From positions 672,001 to 736,000 of the forward strand of contig OZ251539.1 in the NCBI GenBank assembly GCA_965243135.1: 64,000 nt of DNA. The letters are read 5' to 3'. The position numbers were made by a program, and so were the translations under genes. The DNA comes from Alphaproteobacteria bacterium. GTDB taxonomy: Bacteria; Pseudomonadota; Alphaproteobacteria; MPNO01; UBA830. This document shows, in pieces, positions 51,360 through 61,642 of this stretch; positions within the stretch are counted from its first letter, which is position 1, and each line of letters starts with the position of its first letter. The notes below the pieces were generated by a model that did not search any database, was not told the origin of the DNA, and was given only the letters and a program-made list of their open reading frames with translations.

Positions 51360-52324
51360 CCTATCGCGAGGCGGTCGCCGCCGCTATCGCCCAGGAAATG
51401 CGCCGCGACGACGACGTGGTCTTTCTGGGCGAAGACGTCGCCGCGGCGGGAGGCGTGTTCAAGGCGACCGAGGGACTTCTGGACGAATTCGGACCGCGGC
51501 GCGTGCGCGATACGCCGATTTCCGAACAGGCGATTCTCGGGGCGGCGATGGGAGCCGCCATGACCGGACTGCGTCCGGTTGCGGAGATCATGTTCTCGGA
51601 TTTTCTGGCGGTATGCTGGGACATTGTCGCCAACGAGATCGCCAAGGCGCGCTACATGACGGGCGGCCAGATGTCGATGCCGCTGGTCGTGCGCACCGCC
51701 AACGGGGGCGGCTCCCGTTTCGGCGCTCAGCATTCCCAGTCGGTCGAGAACTGGGCGATGATGGTGCCCGGCCTCAAGGTCGTCGCGCCCGCGACGCCGG
51801 CCGACGTGAAAGGCCTGTTGGCGGCCGCCATACGGGATCCCGATCCTGTCCTGTTCTTCGAACAGAAATCGCTTTACCCGGTCAAGGGGGAGGTGCCGGA
51901 CGGCGAGCATGTCGACGAGTTGGGCGCCGCCAGGGTGCTCCGCCAGGGCGGCGACGTCACGATCTGCGCATTGGCCGCCATGACGCCGCGGGCGATGAAG
52001 GCGGCGGAAGAACTGTCCTCGGCGCACGGCATCGAGGCGACGGTGATCGATCTTCGCTCGCTCGTTCCGCTCGATACCCGGACGATCCTTTCCGAAGTGG
52101 CGAAGACCGGGCGACTGGTGACGGTGGAGGAGAATCCCCGCCTCTGCGGCTGGGGAGCGGAGATCGCGTCGCTCGTTGCCGACGAGATATTCTGGGAACT
52201 CGACGGGCCGGTGCTGCGCATCACCACCCCTCACGTACCGCTGCCGGCGGCGGACGCGCTGGAGGACGCCGCGATGCCCTCGGTCGAACGAATCGTGCGG
52301 GATATCGCGGCGCGAGTCGACTGA
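51347..52324 (+). CDS. TPP-dependent dehydrogenase E1 beta
   Basis: GEDV, DTPISEQ, AQHSQ, IDLRSLVPLD. Confidence 0.92.
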   Translation: MAELTYREAVAAAIAQEMRRDDDVVFLGEDVAAAGGVFKATEGLLDEFGPRRVRDTPISEQAILGAAMGAAMTGLRPVAEIMFSDFLAVCWDIVANEIAKARYMTGGQMSMPLVVRTANGGGSRFGAQHSQSVENWAMMVPGLKVVAPATPADVKGLLAAAIRDPDPVLFFEQKSLYPVKGEVPDGEHVDELGAARVLRQGGDVTICALAAMTPRAMKAAEELSSAHGIEATVIDLRSLVPLDTRTILSEVAKTGRLVTVEENPRLCGWGAEIASLVADEIFWELDGPVLRITTPHVPLPAADALEDAAMPSVERIVRDIAARVD

Positions 52325-53454
52325 TGGACGTGATCATGCCCCAGCTCGGCGAGACCGTGTCGGAGGGCACGGTTTCCGCCTGGCACAGGAAGGTGGGCGA
52401 TACCGTATCGGTCAAGGAAGCGTTGTTCGACGTTTCTTCCGACAAGGCGGAAATGGAGGTTCCTGCGCCGGCGGACGGAGTTCTGGCCGAAATCCGCATC
52501 GCGGAGGGCGAGACCGCGCCCGTGGGCGAGGTCGTGGCCGTTATCCAGCCGGAAGGAAAGGCGAAAGAAGAGCCTCCGCCGCAAGCCGGGCGCGGCGGTC
52601 CTTTGTCCCCGGCGGTTCGCCGCCTGCTGGAGAAGCACGGCCTCGACGCGGCGAGCATAGCCGGGACCGGAGCCGGAGGGCGGATCAAGAAGAAGGACGT
52701 TCTCGCCCGCCTCGCGATCTCGGCGCCGGCGTCGGACGATATCGAAATCATTCCGTTCGACAACCTGCGAAAACGCACCGCCGAGCATATGGTGCGCTCC
52801 AAGGCGACGAGTCCGCACGTGCTTCAGGCGGTCGAGGCGGATTTCCGCAAGGTGGCGCTCGCCCGCGCGGAGCGGGGCGAGGAATGGGCCGCGCGCGAAG
52901 GCTTTTCGCTGACGTGGTTGCCGTTCGTGGCGCGCGCGGTCTGCGCCGCGATCGGCGATTACCCGCGCGTAAACGGTTTCATCGAGGGGGAAGCGCTTGC
53001 GGTGCATCGCCGAATCCATCTCGCGATCGCGGTGGACCTCGATTTCGGCGGGCTGGTGGCGCCGGTCGTCCGCGATGCGCAGGACTTGTCGGTGGCGGCG
53101 CTGGCGCGAGCGTTCCGCGACGTTGCGACGCGCGCGCGGTCGCGACAGCTCGCGGCGGAGGAGTTCTCCGGGGGCACTTACACGATTTCCAACTCCGGGA
53201 TTTTCGGCACCTTGATCACCGCGCCGGTGATCAACCAGCCGCAGGTCGCGATCCTGTCGACCGACGGCGTATCGAGGAAGCCGGCGGTCGTGGAAAACGA
53301 TGGAAGCGAGGCCATCGGCATACGTCCGATCGGGGTGCTGGCGCAAAGCTTCGATCACCGCGCATTCGACGGCGCCTATTCCGCGGCGTTTCTCGCGCGG
53401 CTGCGCGAGACGATCGAGACGACGGACTGGACGGCGGCTCTCGACGAACTATAG
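52324..53454 (+). CDS. Dihydrolipoamide acyltransferase E2
   Basis: MPQLGETV, lipoyl site SDKA, SPAVRRL/GTGAGGRI, FDHRAFDG. Confidence 0.92.
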   Translation: MDVIMPQLGETVSEGTVSAWHRKVGDTVSVKEALFDVSSDKAEMEVPAPADGVLAEIRIAEGETAPVGEVVAVIQPEGKAKEEPPPQAGRGGPLSPAVRRLLEKHGLDAASIAGTGAGGRIKKKDVLARLAISAPASDDIEIIPFDNLRKRTAEHMVRSKATSPHVLQAVEADFRKVALARAERGEEWAAREGFSLTWLPFVARAVCAAIGDYPRVNGFIEGEALAVHRRIHLAIAVDLDFGGLVAPVVRDAQDLSVAALARAFRDVATRARSRQLAAEEFSGGTYTISNSGIFGTLITAPVINQPQVAILSTDGVSRKPAVVENDGSEAIGIRPIGVLAQSFDHRAFDGAYSAAFLARLRETIETTDWTAALDEL

Positions 53455-54699
53455 AAGCGCGGCGCGATGTCTCCCGCGCCGTCAATTTCATGGCAGTGTG
53501 AGCCGCAAAGCTCTGGAGCGCCGATTTGCTATTGATGCGCGATTTATCCGAGCCGCCGGTCGCAAATGCCGTTCCGCGAATCAAGGAGTTTCAGGCGGCG
53601 GCGCCTCTTCGGGAGTTCGGGCGCGCAACGCCGAGGACCGTCCTGCATCGCCGCGATGCCCGAACCCGGAACGGTTACGTTGCAGCATGATGCGGCGCGG
53701 GGGACCCATGCCCAAGGTCGCCTGCGCGCGGGCCGGGCGTTCGTTTGCGCACGTTCCCGCTGGAACGCCGACCGCGCCGTTCGCCCTCTTGGCCGTGGGG
53801 CTGAGGAGGAAACCGGGCGGTTCACGTCGCGCTCGACGCACCCGGCTGGCGGCCTGTCCGGCGGCTGGCCGTTTCCGCCGTCAGCCTGCCCTTTCCGAAT
53901 GCCGCTCCTGGCATGCTCTGATTCCATAACCGCCGCCAACACCGGCAGCGAATATGCCAATGACTTCGAGTATCTCAAGGTAATGGGCCGGATAAGCGGG
54001 CAATGGAAGCCATGCGAGAAATACGAAGACGAGAACACCGAGTAACCAAGTCGAAACCATCGGTCGCTTTTGCGAATCTATCGTTCTTGTTGGTCTTCGC
54101 CGTGCGTTTATCCGAGAAACTGAGCGATGCGTTCGCTCTCGAACTTGTCGAGAAGAGGATGGTAAGCGGGGCCGATCAAACCCTGCCGTTCGCTCAATCG
54201 ATATTGAGGACTGAGCGTCCGCTCCTTCCCGTTCAGGATCAGTCGTATTTCCGATCCCCGACCTCAGCGCAACTTGCGCTCGAAGGATTTAACCGACTTG
54301 CGGAGTCGGCGAACAAATCTGGGCGCCAGCCCTTCTTGCGGATCAAGCATGCGCCGCTCCATGGCGCCGAGAATCAAACCACAGGCCCATGCATTGGCGA
54401 TTTTCGTCTTTGTTTCTTCATCGCATTCTTCGATCCTGAGCGAACCCTTGGCAAGAGCCGCCCGTTCTTTTTCCCGCAAAGGGCGGCGGAGCGCCTTAAG
54501 CGAAGGAATTGACGCTGCGACTCTATCCTCAGAAGGAATGTAACTCATCCAGCGTGCTTTCCGCATTGATCATTCGCCTCATCTTGCCACAGTTTCAAAT
54601 TCGGACAGCCAAGGATCGCTTCTTAACATATCCACTCTTCCAAGCGAACGCCCATATCGCTCGCCGTGCGCGCGGCGACCACGGACAGAAGCCTGCCCA

Positions 54700-55110
54700 C
54701 GACCTCTGTCTCGCCCCTGATTGCAAGTGCCTGGAAATGCTGTCCTGCGGAATCCGCCAGACCGGGTTCATGGCCGCGCACGAAGTCGGATCGTTCGCGC
54801 CCTCGATAGCCCCGGAGACGCTGAAATTGAGGAACGGTTGGCGAAATGCCGGGCCGGCAACGGTCTTGTGCGCATGCAGCGGGCTGCCGAATACGCCCGG
54901 AGCCTCGAGGATCTGGTACCCTTGAGGAAGCCTGCCGAAAAATTCCACCGCACCGAGTTGCAGGCCCTCAATCAGGCGCGGAATCTTGCCGGGCGGCGCT
55001 GACGGGTCGAATTCCGTTCCGATCGCGCCATCCGGCTTCTCCTCGACCTTTCTTGCCATTTCCTGAATGAACTCGTGCAGCGGGTTACTGACGACCGCCA
55101 GTATCATCAT
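54700..55110 (-). pseudogene. DctP paralog remnant
   Basis: GKIPRLIEGLQLG...APGVF...H...AFR parallels GKIPRQIEGIQLG...APGVF in 36139-37137, but is gapped and truncated. Confidence 0.7.
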
Positions 55111-55256
55111 GCGGCTTTCGCTCCCGCTGGAGACGCGGCGGCGCTCGCCGTCGCCGCCGCGAAGGCTGTAGAGCCTGCCAATACGCGACTCGACATGATT
55201 CTTCTCCTCCTCGAACTGGCCTGACCATAGAACAAGTCGGCCTTCTCGCCCACCGT

Positions 55257-56660
55257 TCAGGTGTCAAGGTAATCCTCTAGCCGGATGCGATTCCATGCCT
55301 CTTCGGGCGGACGAATCCGTTCCGCGAAGGGCAGGGTGACGGGGCGCGTCGCATCGATGATCAACTTGGTCTGCATCGGTCCCTTGCTGGTGCGCACTTC
55401 GCCATAAGCTGACGGGTCGAGATGGGCGCCCATGGCATAAGGAATGGTCGTCACGCCGCGGTCGGCCTGGAGATGGGTCGAGATCGCCCACCACATCTCG
55501 CGTTCGTCGTAGATGTTCACGTCCTCGTCGACCACGACGGCGATCTTGAGATTGGGTTCCGCCGCGATGGCGGCGATGCCCGCGGATTTTCCTTCGCCCT
55601 GCACGCGTTTTCGGATCGAGATGAAGGCGGTGAAGATGCAGGTGCCGCAAGGGGGCAGGTGAACCGCCGTCACCGAGGGCACCAGCTTTGCAACGGAGTT
55701 GTATACCGTGCTCTCGTGGCTCAGCGCGCCCGCGAGATTATGTTCCCGGTGCGCGGGATCGAGATCGTGATAGATCGCATCCTTGCGCATGGTGATCGCG
55801 CGAACCTGAAGCAAGCCGACGGGATCCTTTTCGGGTCCGTAGAACCCCGTGAATTCCGAGAAAGGACCGTCGCTGGTTTCCCTGGCGGGATCGAGTACGC
55901 CCTCGATCGCGATCTCCGCCCACGCCGGAACCGGGATATCCACGGATTCGCCCGCGACGACTTCCAGAGGTTCTCCCATCAACCCGCCCATGACGCGATA
56001 CTCGTCGCTGTCCATGGGTTGCTTGGAGAGCGCGCCGAGAATGGCGGCCGGGTGGTGGCCGATGAAAAGCACCGCTTCCATCGGCTTCTTCAGTTCCTTG
56101 TATTTCCGATAGATGTAGCCCGCGTGGTGCGCCGGGTTGAACATGCAGGCGATTTCGTTGCGGCCCTTGATCTCGTGGCGGTAGACGCCTGCGTTCAGGA
56201 TTCCGGTCTCCGGGTCCCTGACCACGAGAACGCCGATCGAGATGTACTTGCCGGAGTTCTTCTCCGCGTGCTTGACGACCGGGATCCTGGAGAGATCGAT
56301 GTCCGCTCCCTCGATCACGGTCTGTTTGACCGGGGCGTCGCCGCGGTCGATGGCGACGGAGTCTACGGGCTGGGCAATGCGTTCGCGGAACGTGGAGAGA
56401 ATGGCGCTTCTGGGCTCCCCGGGGTCGACGCCGAGAGCGAGACCGAGAAGGTCGTAGCTGCCGAAAAGATTGGTGACCAGCGGCATGTCCGCACCGGCGA
56501 GGTTCTCGAACCGGATAACGGGATACCGGTCCTGCGCCGCCAACTTCTGCTGAATGACCGGCGGTTCGTAGACCGGCTCGACCCGGCGCGACACCGTCGC
56601 GAAATAATCCGGTCCTTTTTGCCGCATTTCTGCGAGAAACTGATGGAGGTCCTTGTTCAT
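55257..56660 (-). CDS. UbiD-family (de)carboxylase
   Basis: TNLFGS, GVYR, EIAIEG, DGPFSEFTGFY, VVVDEDV, KLIIDAT. Confidence 0.9.
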   Translation of the reverse strand: MNKDLHQFLAEMRQKGPDYFATVSRRVEPVYEPPVIQQKLAAQDRYPVIRFENLAGADMPLVTNLFGSYDLLGLALGVDPGEPRSAILSTFRERIAQPVDSVAIDRGDAPVKQTVIEGADIDLSRIPVVKHAEKNSGKYISIGVLVVRDPETGILNAGVYRHEIKGRNEIACMFNPAHHAGYIYRKYKELKKPMEAVLFIGHHPAAILGALSKQPMDSDEYRVMGGLMGEPLEVVAGESVDIPVPAWAEIAIEGVLDPARETSDGPFSEFTGFYGPEKDPVGLLQVRAITMRKDAIYHDLDPAHREHNLAGALSHESTVYNSVAKLVPSVTAVHLPPCGTCIFTAFISIRKRVQGEGKSAGIAAIAAEPNLKIAVVVDEDVNIYDEREMWWAISTHLQADRGVTTIPYAMGAHLDPSAYGEVRTSKGPMQTKLIIDATRPVTLPFAERIRPPEEAWNRIRLEDYLDT

Positions 56661-56799
56661 GCGTCGATGTCCTTCCGTATCTGCGTTGTCGCGGAGGCGT
56701 TGGCGGGCATTATACAGGTTGATTCTCCGCTTCAGACTGCAATGAAGCCTGGGCAGCGAGAGCCAGCCCGTGTTTCTTCCGTCGGGATGTTCGGTCGGG

Positions 56800-57250
56800 C
56801 CGACCGGCCGCCGACATGGGTAGGACGCATCATGCCGGTCCGGAAAAGGCGGTAGCGCAAGAGACCGCCGAACGACGAACCGGCCGGCGCTCTCGGTGAG
56901 CATCCTGCGTTGTTCGCTGGATGCGTACGACCGTAGGGCCAGCATCAAGCCGACTGTGCATCGTCATGTACCGCGCTGTCCAGCTGTTGGGGCGAACGGG
57001 AAGCAGATGCGGCATTCATTGCTTCACGGACCATCGCGACTGCGGCGTTTGCGAGAGGCACAGGAACGCCATCGGCGATTCTTATGTCGACCGCGCTGCC
57101 CGAGCCGGAATTCCTGACGCTCGGAAGTGGTCAGGCTCTGCGACCCTCGCAGAAAGGAATGAAACCCGGTTTTGGATTCAGACTGGCTCGGCGGCGTTTC
57201 AGGGATCGTGCAACGCGGTTGCTATTGCGACGCGCAATGGATCGAAACCA
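56800..57250 (-). pseudogene. RloB-like remnant
   Basis: Overlaps the end of the ATPase gene. SLKRRRASLNPKPGFIPFCEG resembles the basic N-terminus and Toprim-like CEG motif of RloB, followed by a stop/frameshift. Boundaries approximate. Confidence 0.55.
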
Positions 57251-58496
57251 GTTCATCGCGGGGCGTGGCTCCGTAACGGCCTTCCAGGTACCATCGCTCG
57301 ATATTTTCGCCCTTCCGGACCCTGTAATCGGTAAGCGGGTATAGACGCGTGGCACCGCTGGAATCTTTCTCGACGAACCAGAGTTGATCTCGTCGCAAAT
57401 ACGGCAGGTTCATCAAGTTGGTGTCGTGGGTGGTTGCCACGACCTGCGCGCCGTTCGGATTGGTTTCGGGCGATCCGAACAGGTCCAGCACCGACTTGCA
57501 TGCATGCGCATGCAGGCTGGCGTCCAGTTCGTCGATAAACAGCGGCGCACCATTGTCCAGCGCGCGAAATGCTTGAGCGAGCAAAACCAGCAACCGCCGC
57601 GTTCCGGCGCTTTCCCTGTCCAGTTCGAAATAGACCGTCTCGCCGCTGCGGTCGCGGTGAGCGAGTTCGATAGCGACATTTTTGTCCGCATTTCCTTCGA
57701 CCGCCAAATCGCCTTCGGAAAATCTCCGAATCGTCGCAGTGATTTCCCGGTCGAGCTTTCTTTCCATATCGGACATCGCCGTTTCGTTCTTCCGATAACC
57801 AACGACGCCGGTATTTAATTCCTTAAGGAAGCGGATTGCGCGTGGATCCGGTTCTTCTTCAGCTAATTTGGCCGACGCCATCGAACCCGGAACCGAGATA
57901 TTTCGAACGACTCGAATGGACCTGAAATATTCGTATACCATTGAAAGGTATTCGTGTCGGTTCTGGGCCGCAGCAGATAGGTAAAGGCTGTTGGATCGCG
58001 TCAACGCGGCTATGGTGTCGTTTTTTCCTTTCAACCAGCGGCCGAAACGGTATTCGCCGCATTGGCGCTCGAACAGCGTCCTCCGGTACGACTTGGGAAA
58101 GGCGTACAGCCACTCGGACTCGAAGGTCTCGTCCGACGCTTCGAAACCGTATCGATGGTGGACGTCGTCGAGAAGGAAGTCGATTTCGAAGTGCGAGCGA
58201 GTCCGGAGGCTGGCCGGATCAAGTTTGAAGGGACTGCGCGGAACCCCGCCGCTCGGCTCTCCCCGCGTATGCGAATGCAGCACCATCGCGCGCATGGCCT
58301 CAATTGCATCCACCAGATTGCTCTTGCCGGATGCATTGGCGCCGTACAGTACGACCGTCGGCACGACGAGGCCGTTCGGAACCGTTTCGCACGGTATCAG
58401 CCCGTCCGTTCGATCTTTCAAGGACGACGCCGAGAGCAGCAGTTCCTGAGAGTCGCGTATCGACAGATGGTTCGATACGCAGAAACGTAGCATCAT
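57222..58496 (-). CDS. AAA_21 / RloA / AbiEii-like ABC ATPase
   Basis: YGANASGKSN, ESAGT, FIDELDASLH, ATTHDT, RRDQLWFVEK, YLEGRYGA. Confidence 0.9.
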   Translation of the reverse strand: MMLRFCVSNHLSIRDSQELLLSASSLKDRTDGLIPCETVPNGLVVPTVVLYGANASGKSNLVDAIEAMRAMVLHSHTRGEPSGGVPRSPFKLDPASLRTRSHFEIDFLLDDVHHRYGFEASDETFESEWLYAFPKSYRRTLFERQCGEYRFGRWLKGKNDTIAALTRSNSLYLSAAAQNRHEYLSMVYEYFRSIRVVRNISVPGSMASAKLAEEEPDPRAIRFLKELNTGVVGYRKNETAMSDMERKLDREITATIRRFSEGDLAVEGNADKNVAIELAHRDRSGETVYFELDRESAGTRRLLVLLAQAFRALDNGAPLFIDELDASLHAHACKSVLDLFGSPETNPNGAQVVATTHDTNLMNLPYLRRDQLWFVEKDSSGATRLYPLTDYRVRKGENIERWYLEGRYGATPRDELVSIHCASQ

Positions 58497-58913
58497 GGGA
58501 TTGCACCCTGGCCAGCGCAAGAACCGAACAAATATGCTCAAATTCGGCGTATTTTTGAAGTAATTGCAAATTTCGCAACGGAACGGCGTCGCAAGCATGA
58601 CGGGAAGCGAGCGGGGACAGGCCGAAAATTCCAGCCCAGACCCGGCAAAATTCCGTGATGCGCCAGGCTATGGAATACAGGCATGTTCCCGGTGGGCGCG
58701 CGTGCGGCGGTTTCGTCGCGGCGCGCCTTTTCGCTCGATGGCGCACAGGCTCTCGCAGGCTGGCACTGCCCGCGACGCTCGACGCGGATCGTCCGGAGCT
58801 TGTCGCCGATCTGCGGTCTGGGAGCGATATGATAGTCTGAAGCGCGCTTGAAGAATCTGGCCGCCGCCGATGACCGGAAATCGGCGAACCGCCCGGAACG
58901 CCTCGGAAATGCA

Positions 58914-60536
58914 ATGGATCGTTACGAAGACAATCTGGGTTACTTCAATCGGAGAGCGGCGCGCGAACACCCGGACCGCATCGCTGTCGTCGATCTGTCG
59001 CGGCCCGAGCCGCTGGAAATTTCCCACGCCGCCCTCGATGCGCGCATGGACCGCGTCGCGGCGGCGCTTCAGCGCTTCGGAATGCGATGCGGCGACCGGC
59101 TGCTCCTCGCCATGGAAAACCGGTCGGAGTTCATCGAAGCGTTCTTCGGCGCGATGCGGGCCGGCGTGGTGCCGATTCCGCTGAATCACAGGCTTGGCGC
59201 GGACACCATCCGGTTCATCGTCCGGGATTCGGGCGCCCGGGCCGCGATCGTCGAATGCCGCGAAGAGATCCGGATGATCGTCGAGGAAAGCGGCCTGACT
59301 CCTCGCGTCGCCACTGCGCCGGCGCCCGACGGGTGGCAGGACTACGAAACCGTTCTGAGCGGCGGATCGGAGGCGGTCCCGCCGGAAATCTCCCCGCGGC
59401 AGGTCGCGTTTCTGCCCTATACGTCGGGTTCGACCGGCCGGCCCAAGGGCGTGATGCTGCCGCACGACGGCATGCTTTGGGGAATTCGGGCGGCCCAGAA
59501 GTACTGGCCTGCGTCTCCCGACGATCGCGCTCTGATCGCCGGGCCGCTGTTCCACAAGAATGCGATGCGGGTATCGGTCAAGCCCAAGCTGCGGGTCGGC
59601 GGTTCGGTTGTGATCCTGCCGCGTTTCGAGCCGCGCATGTTTTTGCGGGCGCTCGCCGAATGCGGATGCACCCATGCAGGAGGGGTGCCGGCGATGTACC
59701 GCTTGGCCCTCGCAGAGCGGGAACTGCTTGCGGGATTGCGCTTTCCGCGCCTGCGCAGTCTCGAAATGGGCTCCGCCGTCGTCGGAGCCGATCTGATTCG
59801 CGACGTGGAGACGGCGTTCGGCGCGCCGGTTCACGAGGCTTACGGATTGACGGAAGGCGGCGGACCGTTGCGCGAGCCGGTCGATGGCGGAGCCGCGCCG
59901 AGAGGGAGTTGCGGATTGGCCGCGCCGGAAGTCGAGGTCAGGCTGGTTGGCGAGGACGGGCGCGAGAATCCTCGTCATGGCGAGCTCTGGGTGCGGTCTC
60001 CGGCAGTGCTTGTCGGTTACAACAACCGCCCCGAACTCGATGCCGAACGTTTGGTGGACGGTTTCTTGCGCACCGGCGACGTCTTCCGGCGCGACGAGAA
60101 CGGTTTCTTCTATTTCATGGGCCGCATCGACGACCAGTTTTCCTGCGGCGGCGAGAACATCTACCCCAAGGAAGTGGAGTTGCTGCTGGCGCAGCACCCG
60201 GACGTGATCGATGCGGTGGTCGCGCCGGTTCCGCACGCGGTCAAGGGTCTGGCTCCCGCCGCGCTCGTCGTGCTGCGCGAGGCGCCGGGTCCGGGCGAGG
60301 AGGAACTTCGGCGCTTTGCGCTGGAACGCGGTCCGGCCTACGCGCATCCGCGCAGAATCTTTTCTGTCGCCGAACTGCCGCTCAACGGCGCCGGCAAGAT
60401 CGATCGCGCGGCGGCGCGGGCGCAGATAAAAGCGCGCATCGGCGGCGTTCTCGGCGCGCAGGTTGTTGATCGAGGTTTACCGCCTCCTGCGTTGGACGCG
60501 GCCCTCCGGCGCGACGACGGAAATGGATCCGGCTGA
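58914..60536 (+). CDS. Acyl-CoA synthetase (AMP-binding)
   Basis: YTSGSTGRPKG, YGLTE, RTGD, GGENIYP.EVE, GKID. Confidence 0.92.
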   Translation: MDRYEDNLGYFNRRAAREHPDRIAVVDLSRPEPLEISHAALDARMDRVAAALQRFGMRCGDRLLLAMENRSEFIEAFFGAMRAGVVPIPLNHRLGADTIRFIVRDSGARAAIVECREEIRMIVEESGLTPRVATAPAPDGWQDYETVLSGGSEAVPPEISPRQVAFLPYTSGSTGRPKGVMLPHDGMLWGIRAAQKYWPASPDDRALIAGPLFHKNAMRVSVKPKLRVGGSVVILPRFEPRMFLRALAECGCTHAGGVPAMYRLALAERELLAGLRFPRLRSLEMGSAVVGADLIRDVETAFGAPVHEAYGLTEGGGPLREPVDGGAAPRGSCGLAAPEVEVRLVGEDGRENPRHGELWVRSPAVLVGYNNRPELDAERLVDGFLRTGDVFRRDENGFFYFMGRIDDQFSCGGENIYPKEVELLLAQHPDVIDAVVAPVPHAVKGLAPAALVVLREAPGPGEEELRRFALERGPAYAHPRRIFSVAELPLNGAGKIDRAAARAQIKARIGGVLGAQVVDRGLPPPALDAALRRDDGNGSG

Positions 60537-60664
60537 CGCCGAAGCCTGCGGCACGAGAGAGCCCGCGCGGCGGCGGCGATTCGTCCGCGAGCGCACCGGC
60601 CCGCTTCACCAGCCTTTCGCCGGCAAGTTCAGCGAGCCGCGACCGCCCTGTTTCTCGCTTCGCG

Positions 60665-61642
60665 TCAGGGGATAAGGACGATCTTTCCGAAGAAGCCGCG
60701 GTCTTCCATCAGCGTTTCCGCCGCGGCGAGTTCGCGGAGCGGGAACGCGCGGCCGACGACCGGCTTCAACCGACCGGCCGCGACATGCGCGACGCATTGC
60801 GCCACGTCTTCCTGCGAGTAGGAATTCGATCCCAGGACGTCGAGTTCGCGTACCCACAGGAACCGGAGATCGGTGTGCGGATCGTGGCCCGCGGTCGCGC
60901 CGCAGGTCAGCACCCGTCCGCCTTTTCTTGCCGCCCGCAGCGACGCCGCCCACGTGTCGCCGCCCGTGAAGTTGACCACCACGTCGCAACCGGTCTTCCC
61001 GGTCAGCGTCCAGGCGGCCCGGCTGAAATCCTCGTCGGCGTAGTTGATCGCATGGTCGGCGCCGAGCTCGATAAGACGGTCGCATTTTTCCCGCGAGCCG
61101 GCGGCGGCGATCACGCGCGCTCCGGCCATCTTGCCGAGCTGCAGGCAGGCGATCCCGACTCCGCCGCTGGCGCCGAGGACCAGCATGGTCTCGCCCGCCT
61201 CGAGCCGGCCGCGCGCGAACAGCATGCGTTGCGCGGTGCCGTAATTGATCGGTATCGCCGCCGCAGTCTCGAACGGGACGTTGCCGGGCAGGGCGACGAG
61301 ATTGGAGGCCGGGACGCGAACCAGTTCGGCGAGGCCGCCGATCAATTCCTCGCCGATCATGCCCTCGTCGGTCTGCGGATTGACCGTCACGCGGTCGCCT
61401 TCGGACCAGCCGCGGACGTTTTCGCCCAGCCGGTCCACGGTGCCCGCGATGTCGCCCCCGGAAATGAACGGCATCGGCACCGGGAAGCCCGGCATGCCGC
61501 GGCGCACGAAGATATCGAGATGGTTGAGTCCGCACGCGGCCACCCGGACGATCGCGTCGTCCGGACCGGGAACCGGGTCGTCCCAGTCGCGGTAGACGAT
61601 GTTTTCCGCGCCGCCCTGCCTTTCGATAACCGCCGCCTTCAT
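60665..61642 (-). CDS. MDR/quinone oxidoreductase-like dehydrogenase
   Basis: GLNHLD, GASGGVG, CGATAG, FGKIVL. Confidence 0.9.
   Translation of the reverse strand: MKAAVIERQGGAENIVYRDWDDPVPGPDDAIVRVAACGLNHLDIFVRRGMPGFPVPMPFISGGDIAGTVDRLGENVRGWSEGDRVTVNPQTDEGMIGEELIGGLAELVRVPASNLVALPGNVPFETAAAIPINYGTAQRMLFARGRLEAGETMLVLGASGGVGIACLQLGKMAGARVIAAAGSREKCDRLIELGADHAINYADEDFSRAAWTLTGKTGCDVVVNFTGGDTWAASLRAARKGGRVLTCGATAGHDPHTDLRFLWVRELDVLGSNSYSQEDVAQCVAHVAAGRLKPVVGRAFPLRELAAAETLMEDRGFFGKIVLIP

Noticed and set aside
53460-54590. Short ORFs, including 54264-54566
   Set aside because: Possibly gene relics, but no family could be recognised.
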